DNA from: Bacteroidota bacterium
Lineage (GTDB): Bacteria > Bacteroidota > Ignavibacteria > Kapaibacteriales > UBA2268
Assembly (NCBI GenBank): GCA_022707965.1
Contig: JAKIZO010000003.1
Span: 7,357 to 71,356, forward strand
DNA: 64,000 bases
Direction: 5' to 3'
Both the position numbers and the translations under genes were made by a program. Of this stretch, positions 1-8,597 are shown piece by piece. Under the pieces are notes generated by a model, which ran no database searches, had not been told where the DNA came from, and saw only the letters and a list, made by a program, of their open reading frames with translations. Numbering within the stretch: the first letter of the stretch is position 1; every line of letters starts with the position of its first letter.

Positions 1-186
1 TAACGAGGTCGTCCCATTGCACAATTCAAAGCTAAATCCCGACGAACAATCTATGAAAACAGGTGTGCTTACTATGGTCAATTCTGCTTTGGAATTACTA
101 TAAAATAGAACTGCCTTTATAAATATAATTCGTGTTATTTGTTTTTTTTATATATTGCAATAGTATTTTTCAACTGGTAGCGGCGT

Positions 187-1803
187 ATGAGTAAAAATCA
201 AGAATTTATTGTTACTGCAAGAAAATGGCGACCACTTACTTTCAATAGTGTCGTTGGGCAGGAGCATATCACAACAACTCTGAAAAATGCTATAAAAACA
301 GGCAGAATTCATCACGCTTATCTTTTTTGCGGACCACGCGGAGTGGGGAAGACCACTACTGCACGAATTTTAGCTCGTGCTGTCAATTGTTTACAGCCGA
401 TTGACGCGGAACCTTGCAATCAATGCACTAATTGTGAAGCTGCGCTGAACAATCGCTCCATAGATATCATTGAAATTGACGGTGCTTCCAACAACAGCGT
501 CGATGATGTTCGCACACTTCGCGAAAACGCCAAGTATCCGCCATCGCAAGGCAAATACAAAATGTATATCATCGACGAAGTTCATATGCTTTCTACTTCT
601 GCTTTCAACGCACTTCTTAAAATACTGGAAGAACCGCCATCTCATTTACTTTTTGTGTTTGCTACTACCGAAGCTCATAAAGTTCCAGCTACCATTATCA
701 GTCGATGCCAGCGTTTCGACTTCCGCCGAATGGAAATCCCCGATATTGTCTATCAACTTCGAAATATTGCCCAAAAAGAAGAAATCAGCATAGATGAAGA
801 ATCTCTTATAACCATTGCGAAAAAAGCCGATGGCTCGATGCGAGATTCGCAGAGCATATTCGACCAGGTAATCGCCCTTTGCGGCAAGAATGTCAGTTAC
901 AGCGAGATGGCTAAATCACTTCATTTGCTTGACGAAGACTTTTTCTTCCAACTCTCCGAAGCTATCTCAAACAAAGATTCAGCAAAAGTGTTCGAACTTT
1001 CTCAAATTGTTATTTCCCAGGGCTACGAAATTCAGGAAGTCCTCAGTGGTTTGCTCGAACATTTTCGTAATATCCTGACCGTGATTATTACACAAAACAC
1101 CAAACTGCTCAATACAAGCAAAGAATTTGAAAAAAAATATCTCGAAATTTCTAAAAAAATCTCTAAATCTGATATTTTGCGTTATATACATATTATTAAT
1201 AATACAGAACAGGCTATTAAATATCTGCCCCAACCACGTGTCCGATTTGAACTCGCACTTATCAACATTGCTGAAATGGATAAATCAATTGAATTAAAAA
1301 CATTAATCGAAGAAATCAGACAAATTAAATCCGGTAATTACGTAGTTTACCAAAAGATTGAAAGTGCTTTACCAGCCGAAAATACTCAGCCGTCTGTTAT
1401 CGTTTCAGAAAACAATAATCCAAAAGTTGAGAAAATATCTGTTCAAGAATTTTTAGAAAATAATAGCTCGATAATTGAAGAAATCGCTAAACTTAATCCA
1501 ATTTTTAATGAGTTGCAAAATTGTGAAATTGAATTCAAAAATAATATCCTTACCTTCAAGCACGACAACAAAATCATTTACCAAACTTTAAAGCGAAATT
1601 TAACCGAATTACAAAAGCATTTATCCGAATTTGTTTTGCTTGACGCCATTTCCCTTGAAGTTGCTCAAAAACAAATTCTTGAAGAAATTCACACGGAAAC
1701 CCAGGAAAAATCGTCCATCAAAGTCGATAAAACGGATGACAAAGAAAAGCATCCAGTTGAAATGAAAATTATCGATTTATTTGGTGCTGTTGAAATTAAA
1801 TAG
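187..1803 (+). CDS. dnaX: DNA polymerase III subunit gamma/tau
   Basis: 538-aa ORF. Clamp-loader AAA+ module with Walker A GPRGVGKTT, zinc module CNQCTNC, Walker B IIDEVHML and the SRC motif (ISRCQRF). Confidence 0.95.
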   Translation: MSKNQEFIVTARKWRPLTFNSVVGQEHITTTLKNAIKTGRIHHAYLFCGPRGVGKTTTARILARAVNCLQPIDAEPCNQCTNCEAALNNRSIDIIEIDGASNNSVDDVRTLRENAKYPPSQGKYKMYIIDEVHMLSTSAFNALLKILEEPPSHLLFVFATTEAHKVPATIISRCQRFDFRRMEIPDIVYQLRNIAQKEEISIDEESLITIAKKADGSMRDSQSIFDQVIALCGKNVSYSEMAKSLHLLDEDFFFQLSEAISNKDSAKVFELSQIVISQGYEIQEVLSGLLEHFRNILTVIITQNTKLLNTSKEFEKKYLEISKKISKSDILRYIHIINNTEQAIKYLPQPRVRFELALINIAEMDKSIELKTLIEEIRQIKSGNYVVYQKIESALPAENTQPSVIVSENNNPKVEKISVQEFLENNSSIIEEIAKLNPIFNELQNCEIEFKNNILTFKHDNKIIYQTLKRNLTELQKHLSEFVLLDAISLEVAQKQILEEIHTETQEKSSIKVDKTDDKEKHPVEMKIIDLFGAVEIK

Positions 1804-1811
1804 GAGTAATT

Positions 1812-2282
1812 ATGTTGAATGTCAATGATAAATCACCCGATTTTAGCGGTCTAACTGCTAATGGCGAAACAATTAGCAACAAAGATTTTGCCGGCAAATG
1901 GCTTGTTGTCTATTTCTACCCAAAAGATAATACTTCGGGTTGCACAAAAGAAGCCTGTTCTTTTCGTGATGGTATGGAAGAAATCACCAAACTTGGTGCA
2001 GTCGTTATTGGCATTAGCCCCGATAGTCCATCATCTCACAAAAAATTTATCGAAAAGTTTAATCTGAACTTTTACCTGATTAGTGACGAAAGCAAAGAAA
2101 TTTGTCAGAAATTTTACGCTCTCGGCGAAAAATCTATGTATGGCAAAAAGTATATTGGCGTCATTCGCTCTACTTTTATCATCTCGCCCGACGGCATTAT
2201 CAAATACGCTAACTACAAAGTTAAGCCCGAAAACCACGCCCAACAAATTATCGAAGAACTTAAAAAACTGCAAGATGATTGA
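1812..2282 (+). CDS. bcp: Thioredoxin-dependent peroxiredoxin (Bcp/AhpC-TSA family)
   Basis: 156-aa ORF. Peroxidatic Cys context YPKDNTSGCTKEAC. AGGAG at 1802-1806 lies 5 nt upstream of the ATG. Confidence 0.9.
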   Translation: MLNVNDKSPDFSGLTANGETISNKDFAGKWLVVYFYPKDNTSGCTKEACSFRDGMEEITKLGAVVIGISPDSPSSHKKFIEKFNLNFYLISDESKEICQKFYALGEKSMYGKKYIGVIRSTFIISPDGIIKYANYKVKPENHAQQIIEELKKLQDD

Positions 2283-3750
2283 TACTCATTGTCATATAGA
2301 CGTAGAAAGATTCGACATAGACCGAGATGATGTTATAAATCAAGCAATTGCCGATGGTGTCGAATATATTATCGTTCCTGCCATCGAACCCAGGACTTTT
2401 GCTTCTTTGTTGCAAACTGTTTCCAGCTACAATTGCCTTTTTAACGGAATTGGTGTGCATCCACATAACTCATTTGAAGTTAATCAACAGGTGTTAAACG
2501 AAATCGAACAAATTGCACACGAAAACAATAAAACTGTTGCAATTGGTGAAATTGGATTGGATTATTATTACGACTTTTCGCCCGTAGTTGTGCAGAAAAA
2601 ATGCTTTGCCGACCAAATTGCTATCGCAAAAAACCTGCATCTGCCAATAATTGTTCATAACCGAGATAGCGACGAAGATTTGATGCAAATTTTGGAACAA
2701 AATCAGGATGGAAATTTGCGTGGGGTTCTTCACTGTTTCTCTGGCGACGTTGAAATGATGCGGCAAGCGGTTGATTTAGGTTTTTTCATTTCTTTCACGG
2801 GGAATATTTCGTTCAAAAATGCAACTGAACTTACCGAAGTTGTTCGCCAAACACCTATCGAAAACTTACTTCTTGAAACAGACGCTCCTTGGATGACTCC
2901 AATCCCACATCGTGGAAAACGCAACGAACCTAAGTTTCTCAAGCTTATTGCTCAAAAAATTTCTGAAATAAAGTCTATCCCAATAAATGAGGTTATTTCG
3001 ATGACTACAAAAAATGCAAAAAAGCTCTTTAATTTGTCAATATTACTCATTTCTCTGGTATTTTTCTCAACAACCGCTTTTGCCCAATCAAGAACAACAG
3101 TGTACGATGATGATTTCGAAGATTATACACCCAAAGAAGATATTTACGATTTATATCCACGCACTTTCGGTTTTGGTCCAATGATTGGAACTAACACAAT
3201 TGTTGAAACTTATGACGATGGGCAGGATATTTCCTATGATGGTCTGGTTTCTTATGGGTTCATTACAAGTTATAGAGTGCTTAAATACTTAACAGTTGCG
3301 GCTTCGTATCATTATTCTAAAAGCACCGAATATGTCGAAAAATACAAAGTCGACCCTAATCATCATCACGCTATTGAGTTTTCTTCCTTTATTTCTCCTA
3401 ACCCTTATGGACGTGTCAATTTTTACGGTATTCTTGGTTTATCATATTTGATTAATAAATATGGTCGTAGAATTTATTCCGATGAATTTCCTCTCGGGCG
3501 TAAAGAATACGAAAAGGATAATAAATTAGCTGCCAATACAGGATTGGGTTTCAATGTTAATATCGACCTGAATAATGCAGGTATACTTTGTTTTATGCTT
3601 GAATGGAAACTTAATTTTGCTTTGCAAAAAACTAGTCTGGAATTCGACCCAAGAAAAAATCCACAAGACCCAAACCATAATAGAAAAACAGACATTTCCA
3701 CATTTTATTCTATTCCTCGACTGTCAATTCTCTGGTACCCTAAATTTTAA
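2275..3750 (+). CDS. tatD: TatD-family metal-dependent hydrolase, reading through in frame into a signal-peptide plus beta-barrel-like C-terminal region
   Basis: The ATG at 2275 gives MIDTHCHID, the canonical TatD start, followed by GEIGLDYYY, IVHNRDS, HCFSG and ETDAPW metal-ligand motifs. The usual TatD C-terminus (TTKNAKKLFNL) is reached near 3030 without a stop codon. The 2083 start in the ORF track overlaps bcp and is not credible. Confidence 0.85.
   Translation: MIDTHCHIDVERFDIDRDDVINQAIADGVEYIIVPAIEPRTFASLLQTVSSYNCLFNGIGVHPHNSFEVNQQVLNEIEQIAHENNKTVAIGEIGLDYYYDFSPVVVQKKCFADQIAIAKNLHLPIIVHNRDSDEDLMQILEQNQDGNLRGVLHCFSGDVEMMRQAVDLGFFISFTGNISFKNATELTEVVRQTPIENLLLETDAPWMTPIPHRGKRNEPKFLKLIAQKISEIKSIPINEVISMTTKNAKKLFNLSILLISLVFFSTTAFAQSRTTVYDDDFEDYTPKEDIYDLYPRTFGFGPMIGTNTIVETYDDGQDISYDGLVSYGFITSYRVLKYLTVAASYHYSKSTEYVEKYKVDPNHHHAIEFSSFISPNPYGRVNFYGILGLSYLINKYGRRIYSDEFPLGRKEYEKDNKLAANTGLGFNVNIDLNNAGILCFMLEWKLNFALQKTSLEFDPRKNPQDPNHNRKTDISTFYSIPRLSILWYPKF
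3001..3750 (+). CDS. Putative secreted outer-membrane beta-barrel-like protein, either nested in frame in the tatD ORF or a C-terminal extension of TatD
   Basis: The internal ATG at 3001 is preceded by GAGG (2989-2992, 8-nt spacing). The product would start with a Sec-type signal (MTTKNAKKLFNLSILLISLVFFSTTAFA/QS). It shows alternating hydrophobic beta-strand patterns and ends in an aromatic OMP-like C-terminus (LSILWYPKF). Confidence 0.4.
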   Translation: MTTKNAKKLFNLSILLISLVFFSTTAFAQSRTTVYDDDFEDYTPKEDIYDLYPRTFGFGPMIGTNTIVETYDDGQDISYDGLVSYGFITSYRVLKYLTVAASYHYSKSTEYVEKYKVDPNHHHAIEFSSFISPNPYGRVNFYGILGLSYLINKYGRRIYSDEFPLGRKEYEKDNKLAANTGLGFNVNIDLNNAGILCFMLEWKLNFALQKTSLEFDPRKNPQDPNHNRKTDISTFYSIPRLSILWYPKF

Positions 3751-3788
3751 TTTGATGAAAAATAAATCTTTGTGATATCTAAAAATCT

Positions 3789-3819
3789 GGCTGTCCCAGC
3801 AAAGGACAGCCTTTATTAT
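3789..3819 (+). terminator. Rho-independent terminator
   Basis: Stem GGCTGTCC / GGACAGCC with a 7-nt loop, followed by TTTATTATT. Confidence 0.7.
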
Positions 3820-3912
3820 TATGTTATGTGGCATATTAGAAAAAGACAACAGACAGACAAAATATCTTAATGACCTGACCGTTTAAAGAGAAACTAAAAA
3901 AAATTAAGAAGT

Positions 3913-4335
3913 ATGAAAACAAAAATCATTGAGACAATTTTACCGACAACGCTCGGAATTTTGACAGTGCTTGGACTTTTGGTAGTGTTTAATATTATTG
4001 TGCACAATGGAGATGCTTTTAACTCTCCGGACAATGTTTTTTTTAAACTATTTGTGCCAACAGCAACAATTATCGCACTGACAATTCAGTTCACCTTGAC
4101 AATTCCCTTTTGGAAAAAATTTAAAACTCAGAAAAAAGTTTTGGGGTTGACACTTTTTCAATTCACCGCACTACTCTGTATAATATCAGGACTAACTTTC
4201 GGATTGGTATTTTGGGAAACGAGTTTTGGAATTAGTGAATTGATTTTAGTTTCTCTGACTGGAATTATTGCTTTTACAGTCTATTGGACAGTAAATTTGT
4301 TGACTCTAAGACAATTGGATAAACGAATAAATTGA
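3913..4335 (+). CDS. Hypothetical integral membrane protein (about 4 TM helices)
   Basis: 140-aa ORF with four hydrophobic segments. I recognise no family. Confidence 0.5.
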   Translation: MKTKIIETILPTTLGILTVLGLLVVFNIIVHNGDAFNSPDNVFFKLFVPTATIIALTIQFTLTIPFWKKFKTQKKVLGLTLFQFTALLCIISGLTFGLVFWETSFGISELILVSLTGIIAFTVYWTVNLLTLRQLDKRIN

Positions 4336-4570
4336 CATGAAAGGAATACGCCACATAACAGGCGGTATATTTTATTGCCGAGACAGTGCGGGTTTCAGCA
4401 TTTCTGCATCTAATAAATTTTCGTGTAACTTGACAGGACAGTGCTTCGAAATCGGCAACAAAAACATACCGCCAAAACGTTATATGCACTGGCAAACTAC
4501 GATACGCAGCAATAATCCGTTTGATAATACATATTTAAAGTTAAAATATTCCAAAGGTTATAAAACGGCA

Positions 4571-5524
4571 TTAATTCTTGGTATTTTTATTCTTTTTTTC
4601 TATTTTTCCCAGTGCTATTCTTACTTTCCCGTTTGAACTATTCAAAAGTCTGTCTGCTTCATCGAATGAAATATTGCCTAATATCACAAGTAAAGTATGT
4701 TTCACACTCCAATTGTTTGATACTAAATATTTCTCTGCAATACTGTAATCAACGCCTGTAAGTTTCATCACAATTCTTTTAGCTCTTTCCTGCAACTTAA
4801 TGTTCGTTGGTTTCAAATCAATCATAATATTTCCGTAAGTTTTGCCAATATGCACCATACTTGCTGTTGTAAGCATATTTAGTATCATCTTCTGTGCTGT
4901 GCCGCTTTTCATCCGTGTCGAACCTGCAATTACCTCCGCCCCAACAGGGACGCAAATCATAATGTCCGCGATTGCACCATTGTCAATTGCTGTTTCTTTG
5001 CTTACTGTGGAAACTAATATTGTCTTGCAACCGATTTCTTTTGCTTTTTTCAACGCTCCGATAACATACGGTGTTCTACCCGAAGCTGCAATTCCGCAAA
5101 CTACATCTTTTTCGCAAACATTATGTTTTACGACATCATTTGCACCATTTTCAGGTCTATCTTCTGCTCCTTCCTGTGCTACAAACACTGCTTCTTTACC
5201 GCCTGCAATAGCTCCAACAACCATTTCTGGCTTAGTTCCAAATGTAGGCGGGCATTCAGCAGCATCAAGTATTCCAAGTCTGCCGCTTGTTCCGGCACCG
5301 AAATACAACAATCGCCCACCTAATTCAAAAGCGTTCTTAATTGTTTCGACTGCTAATGTTATTTCCGGGATTACTTTTTCTATTTCGAAAGCTACTTTTT
5401 TATCTTCTTCATTAATTAATCTTATAGTTTCTTCAATTGAAACTATATCAATATCCAGTGTGTTTGGATTTATCTGCTCTGTTTCAAGTGCAGATAATTT
5501 GTTAAATAATTCCTTCCGTTCCAA
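4571..5524 (-). CDS. murQ: N-acetylmuramic acid 6-phosphate etherase
   Basis: 317-aa ORF. SIS domain with GAGTSGRLGILDAAECPPTFG and the typical MurQ N-terminus (LETEQINPNT). Confidence 0.9.
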   Translation of the reverse strand: MERKELFNKLSALETEQINPNTLDIDIVSIEETIRLINEEDKKVAFEIEKVIPEITLAVETIKNAFELGGRLLYFGAGTSGRLGILDAAECPPTFGTKPEMVVGAIAGGKEAVFVAQEGAEDRPENGANDVVKHNVCEKDVVCGIAASGRTPYVIGALKKAKEIGCKTILVSTVSKETAIDNGAIADIMICVPVGAEVIAGSTRMKSGTAQKMILNMLTTASMVHIGKTYGNIMIDLKPTNIKLQERAKRIVMKLTGVDYSIAEKYLVSNNWSVKHTLLVILGNISFDEADRLLNSSNGKVRIALGKIEKKNKNTKN

Positions 5525-5633
5525 TTGGCTTTCCTTTTTTCGTGAGAATTCTCAAAATTGATACCAAAATTAACAAAATTATAGTTTTCTTATGAAATTC
5601 TATGAAAAATAAATAAATTTGTTTTTTATAATT

Positions 5634-6716
5634 ATGGGTATGGCTCATTTAAAATTACTAAATATTGAAAAAATATATCCGAACGGGGCAAAAGCAGTTG
5701 AAAATATCTCATTCGAAGTCGCCGAAGGTGAATTCGTCGTTCTTGTGGGTCCATCAGGTTGTGGCAAAACAACTATTCTGAGAATGATTGCTGGTTTGGA
5801 GGACATCTCCTCTGGCGAAATTCATCTTGACAACAAAATTATAAATAATCTACCTCCTAAGGATAGAAATATCGGAATGGTGTTCCAGAATTACGCCCTC
5901 TATCCGCATCTAACTGTTTTCGAGAATTTAGCTTTCCCTCTGCAAATTCAAAAAATCAAGAAAAATCAAATAAAAGCCAATGTCGAAAAAATTGCCGAAC
6001 TTCTTAAAATCAATGACTGCCTTGATAAAAAACCTAAGGAACTTTCCGGTGGGCAACGTCAGAGAGTTGCACTCGGTCGTGCTTTAATTCGCCAACCCCG
6101 AATTTTGCTATTCGACGAACCCTTATCTAATTTAGATGCTAAATTGCGTGTCGAAATGCGAACCGAAATAACAAAGCTGCACCGCACTTTGAACTCAATT
6201 TCTATCTACGTTACCCACGACCAAATCGAAGCAATGACTATGGCTACCAAAATCATTATTCTCAATAACGGCAAAATTCAACAAATTGGCACTCCCGACG
6301 AAATCTACAATTTGCCGAAAAATAAATTTGTTGCTGGTTTTGTAGGTTCTGCTCCGATTAATTTTTTCGACTGCAAACTTATCGAACAAACCAACTTTCT
6401 CGCTTCTATTGCTCTGACGAATGGCGATATTATCAACATTCAATCAAAATGCAAACTTCCCGAAAAGTTTACTCTTGCGATTAGACCTGAAAATTTATCC
6501 GTATCGCATACTCTAAATTCAAATTCAATTAAGGGCAAAGTTGTCAATATTGAAAATTTGGGTTACGAGAAAAATATCTATTTTGAATATGGAAAATCGC
6601 TTTATTCCTGCAAAACTAAGATTGAAAATTCGATTAACATAAACGATGAGATTTATCTATCGTTTCTCGAAGACAAACTACTTTTTTACAACGAACAAGG
6701 CGAACTAATTGATTGA
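5634..6716 (+). CDS. ABC transporter ATP-binding protein, MalK/UgpC/MsmX-like sugar-import ATPase
   Basis: Walker A GPSGCGKTT, signature LSGGQRQR, Walker B LLFDEPLS and a C-terminal MalK-like regulatory/TOBE region. No cognate permease or binding protein is adjacent. The start could be ATG 5634 or 5640. Confidence 0.88.
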   Translation: MGMAHLKLLNIEKIYPNGAKAVENISFEVAEGEFVVLVGPSGCGKTTILRMIAGLEDISSGEIHLDNKIINNLPPKDRNIGMVFQNYALYPHLTVFENLAFPLQIQKIKKNQIKANVEKIAELLKINDCLDKKPKELSGGQRQRVALGRALIRQPRILLFDEPLSNLDAKLRVEMRTEITKLHRTLNSISIYVTHDQIEAMTMATKIIILNNGKIQQIGTPDEIYNLPKNKFVAGFVGSAPINFFDCKLIEQTNFLASIALTNGDIINIQSKCKLPEKFTLAIRPENLSVSHTLNSNSIKGKVVNIENLGYEKNIYFEYGKSLYSCKTKIENSININDEIYLSFLEDKLLFYNEQGELID

Positions 6717-6921
6717 TACTATGTATAAACTAACCAGAATATTGAAAAAAATATCACTTATGTTTGCAATTTTCTACACCTCGCTAACTATTTCCAACCA
6801 TTTACTGATAAATTACGGTTATCTGTCAAAGTTTTTTATGGGTAATCTCTTATTTGGGGTTTTGCTATCATTCTTTTTAAGTCTCATTTATGTTTTGTTA
6901 AATGTGAATAATCAAGATTGA
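6709..6921 (+). CDS. Possible small membrane protein (2 TM)
   Basis: 70-aa ORF overlapping the upstream stop, with two hydrophobic helices. No recognisable family, and it could be spurious. Confidence 0.3.
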   Translation: MIDTMYKLTRILKKISLMFAIFYTSLTISNHLLINYGYLSKFFMGNLLFGVLLSFFLSLIYVLLNVNNQD

Positions 6922-8549
6922 AAAACATTTATACATATTGCTTTTTCTTTTGTCTTTTGCTTCTGCATTCTTGTGCGAATGTGCAGGCACCATCGGGGGG
7001 ACCGCCCGACGTTACTCCTCCTGAAATATCCAACACATTCCCTAAACAGGGGACTATTAATTTCCAGGGCAGAAAAGTTGAACTGCATTTCACCAAATAT
7101 ATGAACAAAAACTCTGTTCTCGAAAATTTGTATATTCAACCTCTAACAAATGCTGAATTTGATTGGTCGGGCAAAAAACTTTCGATTGAGTTCAAAGAAA
7201 ATCTCAAACCAAACACTACTTACCTGATAAATTTGGGAACCGACTATACGGACTTCAAAAATATCAAACCAAGCGAAGCATTTTCTCTAATTTTCTCGAC
7301 GGGTGAAATTATTGACACAGGTAAAATCAACGGACTTGTCGTTGACAAAAATCCACAGGGTATTTTCATCTTTGCTTATGATATTACAAACATCGACACT
7401 GACACTTTCCAGTTAGTAAATGCTTTGCCTAAATATCGTGTTCAGGTTGGTGCATCAGGCAACTTCACTCTTCAAGGCTTGGCTGACGGTAAATATAGAC
7501 TAATTGCCGTTAAAGACCAATTCAAAGACTTGATTTTGAACGAAAATCAAGACTTTTTCTCAACCGCTTATCAGGATTTCTCTGTGATACACGGTAAATC
7601 TCCTGATGCACTTTTCAGGTTCGGAAAAATTCTTGACTTTTCTTCTCCAAAACTCTTTTCTGCTGAATTTGAAAGCAATCAAAAACTTAAACTATTCTTT
7701 AGCGAAAACATACTTATCGGTAGCCTTACTACTTCTTCTTTTGCTATTTATGATTCGCTCAATAATTACCATTATAGCGTGAAAAATTATTACATAGATA
7801 ACCAAAGTCCGAATATTCTCAACCTTATCTTGAACGAAAAAATCAAAACTCAGAAAATTCTCCATATTTCTATTACCGATAGCAATGCTGTAATTGCTGA
7901 CACGATGGGCAATGTTTTTAACGAATTCGGTCGAACGGTGAAAGCAAAGTCTGCTAATGATGAAGATGTATCTGAATTTCGCTTTGTTTCTGCTTCTATT
8001 AGAGATAGTTCAGTAAATATTCCGTTAGATAGACAAATATTTTTCACTTTCTCTTTGCCGATTGATAGTGTAATTCAAGAATTGATTGAATTTTATCAAT
8101 TTCCTGATAGTTCTTCTGTCCAATTTTCAACAAATATTATCAATTCCACAAAATTATTGCTAAATGCTCCTTTGATGTTCAATTCTTCTTATTCTATTAA
8201 AATTCCGCCACAAGCGATTATTCCACTATTCGGAACGAACAAATTTCAGGATACAATTTCACTGTTTTTTAAAACAGAAGATAATAGAAATTATGGAACA
8301 GTTAGCGGAACATTGATAGACTCCTCAGGCACTGAATTTCAAAAAGTAGTTGTTTTAGAAGCTTCGAGCGACAATAGATTTTATCAAGCAACTGTCAATC
8401 AAGACGGCAAATGGATAATTGAAAACATTCGAAGCGGTGATTATAGAATTTGGGTTTACGAAGATAGAAATGCAAATACGATTACGGAAATGTATTACCC
8501 TTTGAATTTTCCGAAAAGTTTTATCTTACGGGTGTTACAGCTTCTGTGA
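6918..8549 (+). CDS. Ig-like (SbsA/Big_5-type) domain lipoprotein with a carboxypeptidase-regulatory-like C-terminal domain. The 3' end is probably frameshifted.
   Basis: TTG start and lipobox LLLLHSC. It has the PSGGPPDVTPPEI Big_5-type entry motif and a GTVSGTLID...GDYRIWVYED CarbopepD_reg-like module. An alternative frame from about 8474 to 8596 encodes a much more family-typical tail. Confidence 0.75.
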   Translation: MKNIYTYCFFFCLLLLHSCANVQAPSGGPPDVTPPEISNTFPKQGTINFQGRKVELHFTKYMNKNSVLENLYIQPLTNAEFDWSGKKLSIEFKENLKPNTTYLINLGTDYTDFKNIKPSEAFSLIFSTGEIIDTGKINGLVVDKNPQGIFIFAYDITNIDTDTFQLVNALPKYRVQVGASGNFTLQGLADGKYRLIAVKDQFKDLILNENQDFFSTAYQDFSVIHGKSPDALFRFGKILDFSSPKLFSAEFESNQKLKLFFSENILIGSLTTSSFAIYDSLNNYHYSVKNYYIDNQSPNILNLILNEKIKTQKILHISITDSNAVIADTMGNVFNEFGRTVKAKSANDEDVSEFRFVSASIRDSSVNIPLDRQIFFTFSLPIDSVIQELIEFYQFPDSSSVQFSTNIINSTKLLLNAPLMFNSSYSIKIPPQAIIPLFGTNKFQDTISLFFKTEDNRNYGTVSGTLIDSSGTEFQKVVVLEASSDNRFYQATVNQDGKWIIENIRSGDYRIWVYEDRNANTITEMYYPLNFPKSFILRVLQLL

Positions 8550-8597
8550 AAAGTCGTTGGGAAACCGAAGGCATCACTCTACGTATTGGGAAATAGT

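Noticed and set aside
1-186. Possible 3' end of an upstream gene (frame 3 reads ...EVVPLHNSKLNPDEQSMKTGVLTMVNSALELL* ending near 100). I also checked for an SRP RNA, which often precedes dnaX.
   Set aside because: The fragment is too short to assign. No SRP RNA conserved motif (GGAA/AGCAG symmetric loop region) is visible.
1130-1159. A8 (1130-1137) and A7 (1153-1159) runs inside dnaX, considered as possible programmed frameshift or transcriptional-slippage sites producing a short gamma subunit.
   Set aside because: They lie at about codon 315-325 of 538, inside clamp-loader domain III, so truncation there would remove essential structure. Known gamma sites lie after domain III. Such runs are also expected in Lys-rich AT-rich coding sequence.
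2083-2274. The 5' extension of the tatD ORF in the six-frame track (start 2083).
   Set aside because: It overlaps bcp in another frame. The translated extension is low-complexity, and the canonical TatD N-terminus MIDTHCHID begins at ATG 2275.
4842-5561. A 239-aa ORF antisense to murQ. Similar long antisense ORFs occur at 20127-20639, 21090-21569, 22659-23238, 36567-37492 and 45036-45410.
   Set aside because: These are shadow ORFs opposite well-supported genes. Their translations are low-complexity (Ser/Pro/Ile/Phe-rich) with no recognisable motifs.
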